Shown: positions 48,203-60,433 of the stretch, one piece after another
How positions within the stretch are numbered: the first letter of the stretch is position 1
Layout of the letters: every line of letters begins with the position of its first letter
Origin: Candidatus Buchananbacteria bacterium
GTDB lineage: Bacteria > Patescibacteriota > Patescibacteriia > 2-01-FULL-39-33
DNA: 64,000 nt
Assembly (NCBI GenBank): GCA_030650095.1
Contig: JAUSEE010000033.1
Coordinates: 26,757-90,756, forward strand
Reading direction: 5' to 3'
Program-made: the position numbers and the translations under genes
Notes under the pieces: generated by a model
Database searches by the model: none
The model's input: the letters and a program-made list of their open reading frames with translations, nothing else
What the model was told of the DNA's origin: nothing

Positions 48203-50152
48203 GTGAAAAATTATCATCAAGCAAATATTCAGCAACCAGCTAAAAATAAAGATTTTTTTATTGTTGAAAACATAAACATCGGCCGAAAAGATTCTCTTAA
48301 TTGGGTTGAAGATAGTTTTAACTCGGAATCAAGAGATGACCCGGATAGAAAGCAATTTTTAAGCTTGTCGCTGGGAGAAAAAAAAATAAAATTTTTTTTA
48401 ATTTTTCTGATGTTGGGCATCATGATTCTTCTGGGAAAAAGCTTCTACTTACAAATTATCCGTGGCCATAGTTATTTTGCTTTGGCCGAGGATAATAGAA
48501 TCAGGACAAAATATGTCAAAGCGCAAAGAGGCATTTTTTATGATGCCAGCGGAGAAGTCTTGGTACGCAATATTTCCGGATTTTCCTTGTTTATAACGCC
48601 ATCGGATTTGCCCAGGGACAACAGGGAAAGGCAGGCGGTGATAGAACAAATTTCTTCCATTATCGGTTTAAGCAGTCAAGAAATAATAGATAAATTGTCT
48701 GATTATCGATATTTTTTTCAACCGATTGCCATTGAAACCGGCATTGATTACCAAAGAGCCATGGCTCTTAAGATTGTCAGTGCTGATTTGCCGGGCATTA
48801 CTCTGGAAGTAGACACTTGGCGCCAGTATTTGGGCGGTAACAGCTTCTCCCATCTTTTAGGCTATGTGGGCAAAATCAGTCCCGAGGAATATGAATCGGA
48901 TAAGACGGATTATTTGCTAAGTGATAATATCGGCAAAACCGGCTTGGAAAAATCATATGAAGAATTGCTGCGAGGCGAGCATGGTAAAAAATTAATAGAA
49001 GTTGATGCCCTTGGCCAAGAAAAAAAGGTTATTTCCAGAACTGATTTTTCACCCGGTGATGATTTGGTCTTAGCCATTGACGCTAAATTACAAAGAAAAG
49101 TTTATGAAATATTGGATGATAAATTAAAAAATCAGAAAGCGGCTGTGGTGATAATTTCCAATCCTAAAAATGGAGAAATATTATCTCTGGTTGATTATCC
49201 CAATTACGATAATAATCTTTTTGCTTTAGGCATAGATTTGGAAAGTTATAAAAAATTAATCGATGATCCACGTAATCCGCTATTTATGCGTTCAATTTCG
49301 GGCGAGTATCCTTCTGGTTCAACTGTTAAGATAGTTATTGCCGCTGCCGCCTTGGAAGAAAATATCGTAACTAAAAATACAACCGTCAACAGTACTGGCG
49401 GCATTAGCGTCGGCCAATGGTTTTTCCCCGATTGGAAAGGCGGCGGTCATGGCGTGACTAATATTATTAAAGCCATTGCCCAGTCGGTCAATACTTATTT
49501 TTACTACATTGGCGGCGGCTATGGAGACTTTAAGGGTTTAGGAGTAGAGCTCTTGGGTAAATATATGAAACTTTTTGGCTTAGGCCAAAAATTAGGCATT
49601 GATTTGCCAGATGAAAAAGACGGCTTTGTGCCGACCCAGAAGTGGAAAAATGAAGTTAAAAAAGAGCCCTGGTACATAGGGGATACCTATCACTTGTCCA
49701 TTGGCCAAGGAGATTTACTGGTTACGCCGTTGCAGGTTAATTTTTATACCAATGTCATTGCCAGTGGCGGTACGCTTTATAAGCCTAAATTAGTCAAGGA
49801 AGTAATCCACAATGATGGCGAGCGGGAAATTTTAATGCCGGAAGTGATTAGGAAAGATTTTATCAGCGCCCAAAATATAAATATTGTCAGGGAAGCCATG
49901 AGGGAAACCGTAATTTCCGGATCGGCCAGAAGCCTTAATTATCTGCCGATAAAAGTAGCCGGAAAAACTGGCACCGCCCAATGGCATAGCACCAAGGAAA
50001 ACCATGCTTGGTTTACCGGTTTTGCGCCCTATGATAATCCCAATTTTACCATTACTGTTTTAGTGGAAGAGGGGGGCGAAGGCAGTAGCATAGCTACGCC
50101 GATTGCCAGGGAAATATTAACTTATTGGTTCAATCGGCCAGCTGGGGGTTGA
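48203..50152 (+). CDS. mrdA: Penicillin-binding protein 2
   Basis: GSTVK (SxxK), SVN, KTG, GKTGLE, IGQG. Confidence 0.94.
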   Translation: MKNYHQANIQQPAKNKDFFIVENINIGRKDSLNWVEDSFNSESRDDPDRKQFLSLSLGEKKIKFFLIFLMLGIMILLGKSFYLQIIRGHSYFALAEDNRIRTKYVKAQRGIFYDASGEVLVRNISGFSLFITPSDLPRDNRERQAVIEQISSIIGLSSQEIIDKLSDYRYFFQPIAIETGIDYQRAMALKIVSADLPGITLEVDTWRQYLGGNSFSHLLGYVGKISPEEYESDKTDYLLSDNIGKTGLEKSYEELLRGEHGKKLIEVDALGQEKKVISRTDFSPGDDLVLAIDAKLQRKVYEILDDKLKNQKAAVVIISNPKNGEILSLVDYPNYDNNLFALGIDLESYKKLIDDPRNPLFMRSISGEYPSGSTVKIVIAAAALEENIVTKNTTVNSTGGISVGQWFFPDWKGGGHGVTNIIKAIAQSVNTYFYYIGGGYGDFKGLGVELLGKYMKLFGLGQKLGIDLPDEKDGFVPTQKWKNEVKKEPWYIGDTYHLSIGQGDLLVTPLQVNFYTNVIASGGTLYKPKLVKEVIHNDGEREILMPEVIRKDFISAQNINIVREAMRETVISGSARSLNYLPIKVAGKTGTAQWHSTKENHAWFTGFAPYDNPNFTITVLVEEGGEGSSIATPIAREILTYWFNRPAGG

Positions 50153-50224
50153 CATAACTTTTAATAACTTATATACTGGAAACTATATTGATTTTAAAAA
50201 ATATAGAAATTAAGAATTTAAAAC

Positions 50225-50686
50225 ATGAAAGATAACTACATTTCCAAGGAAGGCTTGAAGAAAATAAAAGATGAATTGGAAGAATTAAAAAATATTAAAC
50301 GGCCATTTGTGATTGATAAGATTGCCCGAGCCAGAGAGCAAGGCGATCTTTCCGAAAATGCCGAATACCATGAAGCTCGCGAAGAGCAGAGTTTTATCGA
50401 AGGTAAAATCAAGGAATTAGAGTTTTTGATTAAGAATTCCATTGTTATTAAGAGCGATAAAAAATCAGATGTGGTAGGTATCGGCTCAACTGTTCATGCC
50501 ACTTGCGACAATGGTCTGAAAATAAAATACACTATTGTCGGTCATGCCGAAGCCGATCCGGCCAGTGGCAAGATTTCCAATGAATCTCCCCTGGGCAAAG
50601 CTTTTATAGGCAAGGCCGTCGGCCATGAATTCGAACTGAATATCCCGGCCGGAAAAATAAAATGTAAAATTGATAAAATAGATTAA
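50225..50686 (+). CDS. greA: Transcription elongation factor GreA
   Basis: GDLSENAEY, ISNESPLGKA. Confidence 0.97.
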   Translation: MKDNYISKEGLKKIKDELEELKNIKRPFVIDKIARAREQGDLSENAEYHEAREEQSFIEGKIKELEFLIKNSIVIKSDKKSDVVGIGSTVHATCDNGLKIKYTIVGHAEADPASGKISNESPLGKAFIGKAVGHEFELNIPAGKIKCKIDKID

Positions 50687-50740
50687 TATAATTTAAAACC
50701 GCCTCATCTTGGGACGGTTTTTTTGTTGAAAGATCTTTTA

Positions 50741-50770
50741 TTGACACATAGAAACTAATAGTGCTAACAT
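50741..50770 (+). promoter_or_regulatory. Sigma70-type promoter
   Basis: TTGACA-18 bp-TAACAT. Confidence 0.55.
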
Positions 50771-50838
50771 AATCTTTGATCTGTTCTACGGTTAAATAGC
50801 TCATTTAAAATCTTCATAGAAAAAGAAAGGAGCCATTT

Positions 50839-51573
50839 GTGGCTAGCCAAAAATCATATCAAGAAGTCACTCTAAATGATTTAAAGGGGTATTTTCTGGG
50901 ATTGAACCCAGGGGAATTATCAGAAATTATTATCGCTGAAATCAATAAAAAAAATCCTAATTTAAAGCTTCTTAGATTTTTAATGTCTCGCCGGAATGAT
51001 CTTGGCGGTATGCCTATTATTAATAATTTTTATTTTATACCGATGGCCTTGGCTATTTCTGGCGGCCATTTGGCGGTGGTAACTCTTCTAGTGGAATTCA
51101 GTGGCATTAACGATTATTATTTTGACCGCGGCACTCCTCTGCATTTGGCTGCCCAGCACGGCCAAAAAGACATCCTTCAATTTTTTATTGATCAAGGCGT
51201 CAACTTTGATCTTAAGGGTTTGGGCGGAGCTACGCCCCTTCATTATGCGGCCAGATCAGGACACATTGAGATTGTGAACTTACTACTGGATTTGGGCGCT
51301 GATATAAATAGCGAGTCGGCTTATAGCACGCCTCTTTATTGGGCGGTCATGGGCAATCAGGTGGAGGCGGTGAAACTCTTGATTGAGCGCGGGGCTGATT
51401 TGGCAGTTATCTATCATGGCTTTGACGGTTACGGCGGTGAAAATCACAACCTAGTCCAAGCCGCTATCACTGCCAGTTTCGATATCAGTATGCCTCATGA
51501 GGTTAGCGATAAAAGCTGGAAGATTGTTGATCTCTTGGAAAAAGCCGGAGATCAGGCTTTAACTGTAAAATAA
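50839..51573 (+). CDS. Ankyrin repeat protein
   Basis: GTPLHLAAQHG, ATPLHYAARSG, STPLYWAVMGN; SD AAAGGAG. Confidence 0.9.
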   Translation: MASQKSYQEVTLNDLKGYFLGLNPGELSEIIIAEINKKNPNLKLLRFLMSRRNDLGGMPIINNFYFIPMALAISGGHLAVVTLLVEFSGINDYYFDRGTPLHLAAQHGQKDILQFFIDQGVNFDLKGLGGATPLHYAARSGHIEIVNLLLDLGADINSESAYSTPLYWAVMGNQVEAVKLLIERGADLAVIYHGFDGYGGENHNLVQAAITASFDISMPHEVSDKSWKIVDLLEKAGDQALTVK

Positions 51574-51619
51574 TTTTAGTTTAAGAACATAGTTTCTAAA
51601 CCAATACAAGGAGAAAGAC

Positions 51620-51808
51620 ATGCCTAGAAAAAAGCCTAAGTTGGATGTTTATTCGGATAGAATCGGTGTTGACGGAGAATCAATGACCATAGGAGAGTGG
51701 GATAAGGCCATGTCCAAATTAAGTCCAAGTGACAAAAGAAGGCTATTTGATCAATTGCAAAAAGAGGTTGCACCTTCTCCAGGTTTGGCGGGATTCTCCA
51801 GACGATAA
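51620..51808 (+). CDS. Small hypothetical protein
   Basis: SD AAGGAG; hairpin after stop. Confidence 0.6.
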   Translation: MPRKKPKLDVYSDRIGVDGESMTIGEWDKAMSKLSPSDKRRLFDQLQKEVAPSPGLAGFSRR

Positions 51809-51871
51809 TTAAAAACAAAACAAACAGCTGCCGGCAAAACCGACAGCTTTTTAATTATTCCTCATTATTTT

Positions 51872-53596
51872 TTACCAGCCGCCGCCACCACCGCCACCAC
51901 CGCCACCACCAGAAAAACCGCCGCCGCTACTGCCAGAAGAGGAGGGTGATGAAGCCATGGCGGAATTCATATTACTAGTGAGCTGGCTGATAGAACTGCT
52001 AAAGTTATCAATATTAAAACCAGATGATGTGGCGCCATAAAACCAAGCTGCTTGGTATTTATTAAAATAATCATCGCCATAAATTTCTTTTATTTTTTTA
52101 ATCCATAATTTTACCAAGCCGAAGATTATGGCATAGGGCAGTATTTTTTCAAAAATATTTTCTCGTTCATTAAATTCCTGACGATATTTCTCGGCTGTTT
52201 TAATGTATAATTTAAAGCCTTTTATTTTCCATAAAGCCTCGGATCCCTTGGCGGTTAATTTAACCATAATAGCGGCAAAGAAAAATATTATAAAGGTGAC
52301 CACAACCGTATCGGCTATAATAAGCAGCTGACTTAAAAAAATAGATAGACCGATTCCCAAAAAGAGAGCTAGTAATCCGCCAGCAAAAAACAGGCCGGTA
52401 TATTTAAAACCGCGCTCATCAAAAAAACCGTCGGTGACCATTTGTTCTTTAATGGATTTATTTATAACTTTTATTTTTGTATAGAACTTATTCTTCAGAT
52501 AGTCCAATTTTACTTCTTGGTTGGGAATAAGATTTTCAAATATACCATTCATAATTATTTTTTCGTATTCTTTCAGCTGGCTTATGTCCGGGTTGGTTAA
52601 GACGAATTTATATTTTCCTTTGCTGATTTCTTCTATTTTAATGAAGCCCCTAATAGCCAAATCAACAATTGAGGCGGTTGTAAATCTAATATTTGGTTTA
52701 CTGGCGGTATAAATAAAACCAACTTCCATGGGGGACAAGTTATAGGGTGGTTCGTATTCGGCGATAATAGTCTTTTTAAAAGGCAGATCATGGCCGTATT
52801 TGCGCCATATTTTTAGGCAGACAACCAGAGTGATGATTGGCGGCAGTAAAAACAATACAAAATAGACATAATAACTTATCTTTTCCCAGAAAGTGGGCTG
52901 GTAGGGCAGAATTATGCCCTTGGGAAAGGTTAAGGATATAGTAATACCGTCGCCGGGGTTTAGGATTGATTTGCTCCTTACGACGATGGAATGATTTTCG
53001 CTATTCCAACGATAGTCGGCCAGACCGCTGTCTTTTTGTTCGAATCTCCCGCTGTAAAGATTTATTTCGGAATTAGCCGGGGTTATTTCTTTGGGTAAAA
53101 AAATTTCGGCGCTGTAGTTGTTAATTGATATTTCCCAAAAATTGCCGTTTAAGTTCCAATACAATTCGTCAAAATTGTTATTTTGAAAACGGATAGTGTT
53201 TTTGTAATTATATTTGATCAGGTAGTTATTTTCTCCTTGGACGGTTTTATTCTTGTCGCCGATTTTAAGAGTTTGAGTGTAATTATAATAATCTTTTATA
53301 ATCTCATAGTTTAGCGGATTATTTTCAAAATCAGTTATAGTAATTGAATTCAAACCCATTTTTATTTTTTGCTTGTCGTCCGGGTAATAAACGGTGGGTA
53401 GTATTCTAAAAATGCCATGCTTATCTGGCAAGTTGCCGGCATCAGCGATGATCTTTTCGCTGATGTTTAAGCTGGAATCGTAATTAACCGTGATTTGGCT
53501 CTCAAAAGACTTTATATACCAGTCATCGGTTTGAGCCAAAACAAAAAAAGGCAACAATAATATCAAAAAACATATTGTTGTCACCTTTTTATTCAT
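51872..53596 (-). CDS. DUF2207 domain membrane protein
   Basis: HGIFRILP, ELYWN, LPYAIIFG, Gly-rich C-terminal GGGGGGGGGGW. Confidence 0.9.
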   Translation of the reverse strand: MNKKVTTICFLILLLPFFVLAQTDDWYIKSFESQITVNYDSSLNISEKIIADAGNLPDKHGIFRILPTVYYPDDKQKIKMGLNSITITDFENNPLNYEIIKDYYNYTQTLKIGDKNKTVQGENNYLIKYNYKNTIRFQNNNFDELYWNLNGNFWEISINNYSAEIFLPKEITPANSEINLYSGRFEQKDSGLADYRWNSENHSIVVRSKSILNPGDGITISLTFPKGIILPYQPTFWEKISYYVYFVLFLLPPIITLVVCLKIWRKYGHDLPFKKTIIAEYEPPYNLSPMEVGFIYTASKPNIRFTTASIVDLAIRGFIKIEEISKGKYKFVLTNPDISQLKEYEKIIMNGIFENLIPNQEVKLDYLKNKFYTKIKVINKSIKEQMVTDGFFDERGFKYTGLFFAGGLLALFLGIGLSIFLSQLLIIADTVVVTFIIFFFAAIMVKLTAKGSEALWKIKGFKLYIKTAEKYRQEFNERENIFEKILPYAIIFGLVKLWIKKIKEIYGDDYFNKYQAAWFYGATSSGFNIDNFSSSISQLTSNMNSAMASSPSSSGSSGGGFSGGGGGGGGGGGW

Positions 53597-53605
53597 GGCT
53601 TTAGT

Positions 53606-55669
<2,064 letters not shown>

Positions 55670-55766
55670 TTAGACCTTATTTTACTAATAATTTATGGTT
55701 TAATTTTATCAAATTCAAGAGTTTTCAGCAAGTCTAAAATACCCCCATAATCACTTATAAAACAGC

Positions 55767-55908
55767 TTATAATGTTGCTGCCCGAATACCCCTGGCTTTT
55801 AAGCCAGGGGACGGGGGGCAGTGTGAGGAAAAATACGTCGGCGGAGCCGACACCTTCCATTTGAAACCGCCCGGATACCCCGCTCTTTAGAGCGGGGTCG
55901 GGTTCATT
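55767..55908 (-). mobile_element. 142-bp non-autonomous hairpin element, copy 2 (inverted)
   Basis: Reverse complement of 6025-6166 with about 7 substitutions. Confidence 0.75.
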
Positions 55909-55995
55909 GAAATTCTTATTTCAAATAAAAAATGCCAACTTGGTTGGCATTATGGTTTATGTCTTAGAGCGCGAATGTCTCTGATTCAATTAGTT

Positions 55996-56430
55996 TTATT
56001 CTTTTTCAGTTTCAGGCCCTTTCCTGGCCCGCCTTTTTTTAGGGCCAGCATCGTTTTTTGGGTCTGCTGTTTCAAACTTGGCTACCGAAAGTTGAATGAA
56101 ATTGTCTTCGCTAGCCGGTTTTATAGCCCAACCCGCCTGTTTTAAAACTCTTATTACTTTGGTTCTTTCATCCCTTTGCTTCGGGCTGATAGCTAAAACC
56201 GCCAGAGTCATCGGTTCCGGATTTTCCGGATTGATTACAACCAGGGCGTTACGTCTGTTTATTTCTATCTCCAAAGCCAAAGAAAACATCAAGCGAGTCA
56301 GCATTTTGGGCGCTTCCGCCTGCTCCAATAATTCGGCTTTATTTATCAATTCGGGAAATGTTCTTAGTAAATCACCCGGATTTATAATGGTATCCGGTTT
56401 GATATTATTGTAGGAATCATTGTACTTCAT
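55996..56430 (-). CDS. Hypothetical protein
   Basis: SD AAAGGAG; promoter TTGACA(56501-56496)-18-TAACAT. Confidence 0.7.
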   Translation of the reverse strand: MKYNDSYNNIKPDTIINPGDLLRTFPELINKAELLEQAEAPKMLTRLMFSLALEIEINRRNALVVINPENPEPMTLAVLAISPKQRDERTKVIRVLKQAGWAIKPASEDNFIQLSVAKFETADPKNDAGPKKRRARKGPETEKE

Positions 56431-56546
56431 GATAGGCTCCTTTCTGCCATTTAAGGTGCGGATAATGTCTTATGTTAGAGCATAGAGCCTGGTTTTGTCA
56501 ATTTATAGTGGTGATATAAAAAATAGATTTATGGTATAATAAAAAT

Positions 56547-57404
56547 ATGCCTAGTAATCAGAATTACAATTTTACAGACAAGGAATTAAAATTCAGTTAT
56601 TGGTATGTCACCAATAAACTGCTCTTAAAAAGAATTTTAGCGATTTTTTTGGCTTTGGTTGGCTTTTTTCTTTGGCTTTATCTTATTTGGCAATTGGTTT
56701 TTTTCGGCCTCTATTTTAGCCAAGAAAGCTATCAGTTAAAAAAATTGGTTTTTGGGGATAATTTAGCCCTTAGCGTCATAGGCCAATTGCAGCCGACATC
56801 CCTACAGGTAAGCGATCCGGTTTCTTTGGCCGGAGAAGGGAGTAGGAATGATTATTTTGCCGAAATATCAAACAATAATAGCAATTGGCTGGCTACTTTT
56901 GATTATATTTTTGATGGTGTAAGTAAATCAGCCAACTCTCGCAAAGGATTTTCTTTGCCGCTGGAAAAAAAATATCTGATGAATTTGGGTGTTGAGGGAT
57001 CGATTTCGCAGTTGAATATTTCCAATGTAAAATGGCAAAGGATTGATAATCCACAGACTATCTACCAAGAAAGATATAAATTTAAAATAGAAAACAGTAA
57101 TTTTACTCCAGGCTCGAACGCGGGCGATCCCGGCATTTTAGGTTTTGATATTACCAATGAATCAGCCTTCAATTATTGGCAAGTTGGCGTTGCTGTTTTC
57201 CTCTACAGCGGCGGCAATATTGCCTCTGTTAATTATATAGCTTTAGAACAGTTAAAAGCCGGTGAAAAGCGCCATGTCCAGCTTAATTTCAGCAATAAAC
57301 TGCCAAAAATAAGCAATATAGAAATTCTTCCAGAAATTAATGTCTTTGATGAAGATAATATTATGCCTCAAACAGCCCCGGTTGATTTTCCTATTACTCC
57401 CTAA
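56547..57404 (+). CDS. Hypothetical membrane-anchored protein
   Basis: N-terminal TM helix and beta-rich extracellular part. Confidence 0.75.
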   Translation: MPSNQNYNFTDKELKFSYWYVTNKLLLKRILAIFLALVGFFLWLYLIWQLVFFGLYFSQESYQLKKLVFGDNLALSVIGQLQPTSLQVSDPVSLAGEGSRNDYFAEISNNNSNWLATFDYIFDGVSKSANSRKGFSLPLEKKYLMNLGVEGSISQLNISNVKWQRIDNPQTIYQERYKFKIENSNFTPGSNAGDPGILGFDITNESAFNYWQVGVAVFLYSGGNIASVNYIALEQLKAGEKRHVQLNFSNKLPKISNIEILPEINVFDEDNIMPQTAPVDFPITP

Positions 57405-57409
57405 GCATT

Positions 57410-58267
57410 ATGAAAAAAATATTTTCTTTTAATCGGTTGCTGGTTATGGCTTTGTTTTTTTTGTTGGCTTTTCTTTATTTCAAGTTAGGCCCTAATAATT
57501 GGCTGATAGTGTCGGAAGTTGATAAACCGCAAATTGAAAAAGGCTGGGGCGAACCTCAAAAAGTTGGCATAAACACCGACAAATGGGAAGGCGGAGCTTA
57601 TGTTTCCGGCGATGGAGAGGCTCTTTTTTATTCTTATTATCCAGGCGATTTAATTTCTGATATGGCCCTTGGCCAACTTAAAGAAGACATTGATATTTAT
57701 TACAGCCTAAAGCCGTTTAATCAAATTAAAAAGCATGCCCTGTCAGAGGATAAATGGTCTGAAGGCGGTGTGATGGTATCGGGCAGCGACGTTTATTATA
57801 TGTCTGATCGTTACCACTTCAATAGCTATGATTTGTATAAAAACGGGCATGTGATATTTAATACGCCGGATAAATCAGAAAAAGATCCCTATTACTGCGC
57901 TCAAAATGACGAGCTTTACTTTACAATTGACGGAGTTATTTATGTTTACAAAAAAGATAAAACAACGGCTTTGCCGGCGCCCATAAACGATGGCAGTTTT
58001 AACGGCCAGCCGTTTTTAACTTTAGATTGTAAGAAGATATATTTTTCTTCCACCAAAGGCGATGGCATTTCTAAGATATTAAGAGCGGAAAAAATATCAG
58101 AAAAATCATGGAGCGAGCCGGCAGTGGTGGTTCAGAGCAGATACGGGGTAATGGAGCCGGCTTTAACTGACAATGGCCAAATCATGTTTTTTGCTCAAGT
58201 TTTGAAATCGGCCAAGGGAGTAGTGAACTCTGATATATTTTATATAGAAAAAGAAAAAAATAATTAG
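57410..58267 (+). CDS. Secreted beta-propeller protein (PD40/TolB-like repeats)
   Basis: INTDKWEGGAYVSGDG, PINDGSFNGQPFLTLDCKKIYFSS, WSEP. Confidence 0.7.
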   Translation: MKKIFSFNRLLVMALFFLLAFLYFKLGPNNWLIVSEVDKPQIEKGWGEPQKVGINTDKWEGGAYVSGDGEALFYSYYPGDLISDMALGQLKEDIDIYYSLKPFNQIKKHALSEDKWSEGGVMVSGSDVYYMSDRYHFNSYDLYKNGHVIFNTPDKSEKDPYYCAQNDELYFTIDGVIYVYKKDKTTALPAPINDGSFNGQPFLTLDCKKIYFSSTKGDGISKILRAEKISEKSWSEPAVVVQSRYGVMEPALTDNGQIMFFAQVLKSAKGVVNSDIFYIEKEKNN

Positions 58268-58375
58268 CTTATTTTTTTAAACAGCCCCGCCAAGGCGGGA
58301 CTATTTTTACATTTGACAAAGTTATAAACATGCGCTAATAATAGCAGCAGTACACAACCAAGGAGGTAAAATATC

Positions 58376-58711
58376 ATGGTTTATCCGGAAGGTTTTATAG
58401 CTAGAGTAAAATCAGCCCTTCCTGATGCAAAAGATCTACATCATGTTCTTGGCAATGATTATAATCATGTCGTCGGACGATTTCTTGAATCACTCTGTGT
58501 CATCTCAATGTCGCCGAAAGAAATTGTTGAGGCCCTAGAAGAGGGACGCATACAAGATGTTATAGATTCAGCCAACAGAGCTGATAAATTTGTTCAGTTA
58601 TATAATGAGTGGCTCATTATTGATGAGCAGGATTCTATTCAACAACTAAAGCAATGGCAAGAATGGAATGAACAGCTTGATAGTTATCCATTTAGACACA
58701 GGATAGAATAG
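58376..58711 (+). CDS. Hypothetical protein
   Basis: SD AAGGAGGT; promoter TTGACA at 58313. Confidence 0.7.
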   Translation: MVYPEGFIARVKSALPDAKDLHHVLGNDYNHVVGRFLESLCVISMSPKEIVEALEEGRIQDVIDSANRADKFVQLYNEWLIIDEQDSIQQLKQWQEWNEQLDSYPFRHRIE

Positions 58712-58755
58712 CCATAATCCATAGACAGCCTTAAAATAGGGCTGTTTTATTATAC

Positions 58756-58784
58756 TTGACATCTTTTTCAAAAGAACTTATATT
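58756..58784 (+). promoter_or_regulatory. Promoter of the hrcA-grpE-dnaK operon
   Basis: TTGACA-17 bp-TATATT immediately upstream of CIRCE. Confidence 0.75.
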
Positions 58785-58788
58785 GTAA

Positions 58789-58815
58789 TTAGCACTCTAC
58801 ATAGATGAGTGCCAG
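58789..58815 (+). promoter_or_regulatory. CIRCE element (HrcA operator)
   Basis: TTAGCACTC-N9-GAGTGCCAG versus consensus TTAGCACTC-N9-GAGTGCTAA. Confidence 0.92.
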
Positions 58816-58848
58816 AAATGGCGCTCGGTAGAAAATTAAAGGCAGATT

Positions 58849-59541
58849 ATGAATTTAGACGAAAGACAAAACAATCTACTTAGGATAGTGGTGGAAGAAT
58901 ATGTGGATTCGGCCAGTCCCGTTGGTTCCGGTCTTATTGTCAGCAAATACTTTAAAGATTTGAGTTCGGCCACCATTAGAAACGATATGGCTGAACTGGA
59001 AAAACAAGGTTTGATTTCCCAGCCCCATACTTCAGCCGGTCGCATTCCCACAATTTCCGGTTATCGCAAGTATCTAAACAGTCTTTCAGCCAAAGGCAAT
59101 CTCACCAAAAGCGAGATGAATAAATTAGCCAGAGTTGAATCAGAAGATTTAAAAACCAGAACCAAAAACATTGCTCGGATTATTGCTGATTTATCCGATA
59201 GCGCCGTCTTTGTCAGTTTTGGCGAAAGTGAGTTTTTTTACACCGGCATTGCCAATTTATTCCGCCAGCCGGAGTTTGCCGAGATGGATTATCTTCATAC
59301 CATGTCCGAAGCCATTGATCATATGGATGAAGCTATTAATTTGATGTTTGATCAATTAGAAATTGGCGAAATACAAACCCTTATCGGCCGTGATAATCCC
59401 TTTGGCGAGGTCACTTCCGTTGTGGTTTCAAAATGCGAGATTGATGGGCAAACCAGTTTAATTGGTATTTTGGGGCCCAATAGGCTGGATTATCGCAAGT
59501 GTTTAAGCTTAGTTGATTATTTTAACAAATTATTTTCCTAA
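58849..59541 (+). CDS. hrcA: Heat-inducible transcription repressor HrcA (short form)
   Basis: [34 protein letters not shown]. Confidence 0.93.
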   Translation: MNLDERQNNLLRIVVEEYVDSASPVGSGLIVSKYFKDLSSATIRNDMAELEKQGLISQPHTSAGRIPTISGYRKYLNSLSAKGNLTKSEMNKLARVESEDLKTRTKNIARIIADLSDSAVFVSFGESEFFYTGIANLFRQPEFAEMDYLHTMSEAIDHMDEAINLMFDQLEIGEIQTLIGRDNPFGEVTSVVVSKCEIDGQTSLIGILGPNRLDYRKCLSLVDYFNKLFS

Positions 59542-59560
59542 AAAATAATATATATATAAA

Positions 59561-60049
59561 ATGGATAAAGAAGATAATATAAAAGACGCCAGTTCTTTAC
59601 AAGAAGAATTAGAAGAGGCCAAAATACAAATAGCAGAAAATTTGGCCGGTTGGCAAAGAGCCCAAGCTGATTATGCTAATTTCAAAAAAGAAACGGAGAG
59701 CAGGCAAAAAGATGTTATTGAATTTGCCAACGCCGCTTTTATGGCCGAAGTTTTACCAATTTATAATCATTTTAAATTAGCTCTGGGGCATATACCTAAA
59801 GAGCAAATGAAATTGGATTGGGTGGTGGGGCTAGCTCATATTAAAAAGCAATTTCAGGATTTTTTAAGAAAATATAAAATAGAAGAAATCAAGACAATTG
59901 GAGAAAAATTTGATCATAATTTTCATGAAGCAGTGGCCTATGAGGAAAAAGAGGGTTATGAGAGTGATATAGTTTTTGCCGAAGTCCAGCCGGGCTATAC
60001 ACTGGGAGATAAAATTCTGGTGCCGGCTCAAGTTAAAGTGGCCAAGTAA
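59561..60049 (+). CDS. grpE: Nucleotide exchange factor GrpE
   Basis: RAQADYANFKK, FDHNFHEAV, QPGY, PAQVKV. Confidence 0.95.
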   Translation: MDKEDNIKDASSLQEELEEAKIQIAENLAGWQRAQADYANFKKETESRQKDVIEFANAAFMAEVLPIYNHFKLALGHIPKEQMKLDWVVGLAHIKKQFQDFLRKYKIEEIKTIGEKFDHNFHEAVAYEEKEGYESDIVFAEVQPGYTLGDKILVPAQVKVAK

Positions 60050-60094
60050 TTTAAAAATAAAAAACCCCAACAAGTTGTTAGGGTATGAGAGCTG

Positions 60095-60331
60095 TTAAAT
60101 TCGTTTTTTGATGTAAAGGATAAGGTCGCCCACGGTTTCGATAGGATTCTCTTTATTGTCAATTTCAATATCAAGATCGAATTCCTCTTCCAAAGACATT
60201 ATAAGTTCGGTGATATCAAGCGAATCAGCCCCAAGATCCTTGGCAAAAAGGTCTGGATCTTCTACATTTGGCCGGTCAAAATGTCTGGCTACAATAGCTC
60301 TTATTCTTGATTCAACTGGTTCTTCGGACAT
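60095..60331 (-). CDS. acpP: Acyl carrier protein
   Basis: DLGADSLDITELIMSLEEEFDL phosphopantetheine site, TVGD; SD AGGAG; promoter TTGACT-17-TAACAT. Confidence 0.88.
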   Translation of the reverse strand: MSEEPVESRIRAIVARHFDRPNVEDPDLFAKDLGADSLDITELIMSLEEEFDLDIEIDNKENPIETVGDLILYIKKRI

Positions 60332-60433
60332 TCCTTTGCTCCTGGTGTTGGGAATTTAAAAAGTACCAAAAACTCATATATATGTTAGCCAAATTAAAAT
60401 AAATAGTCAAATTAATAATAAATTTAAAAAAAT

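Noticed and set aside
51875-51935. CCGCCA-type tandem repeat
   Set aside because: It is the normal Gly-rich C-terminus of DUF2207 proteins
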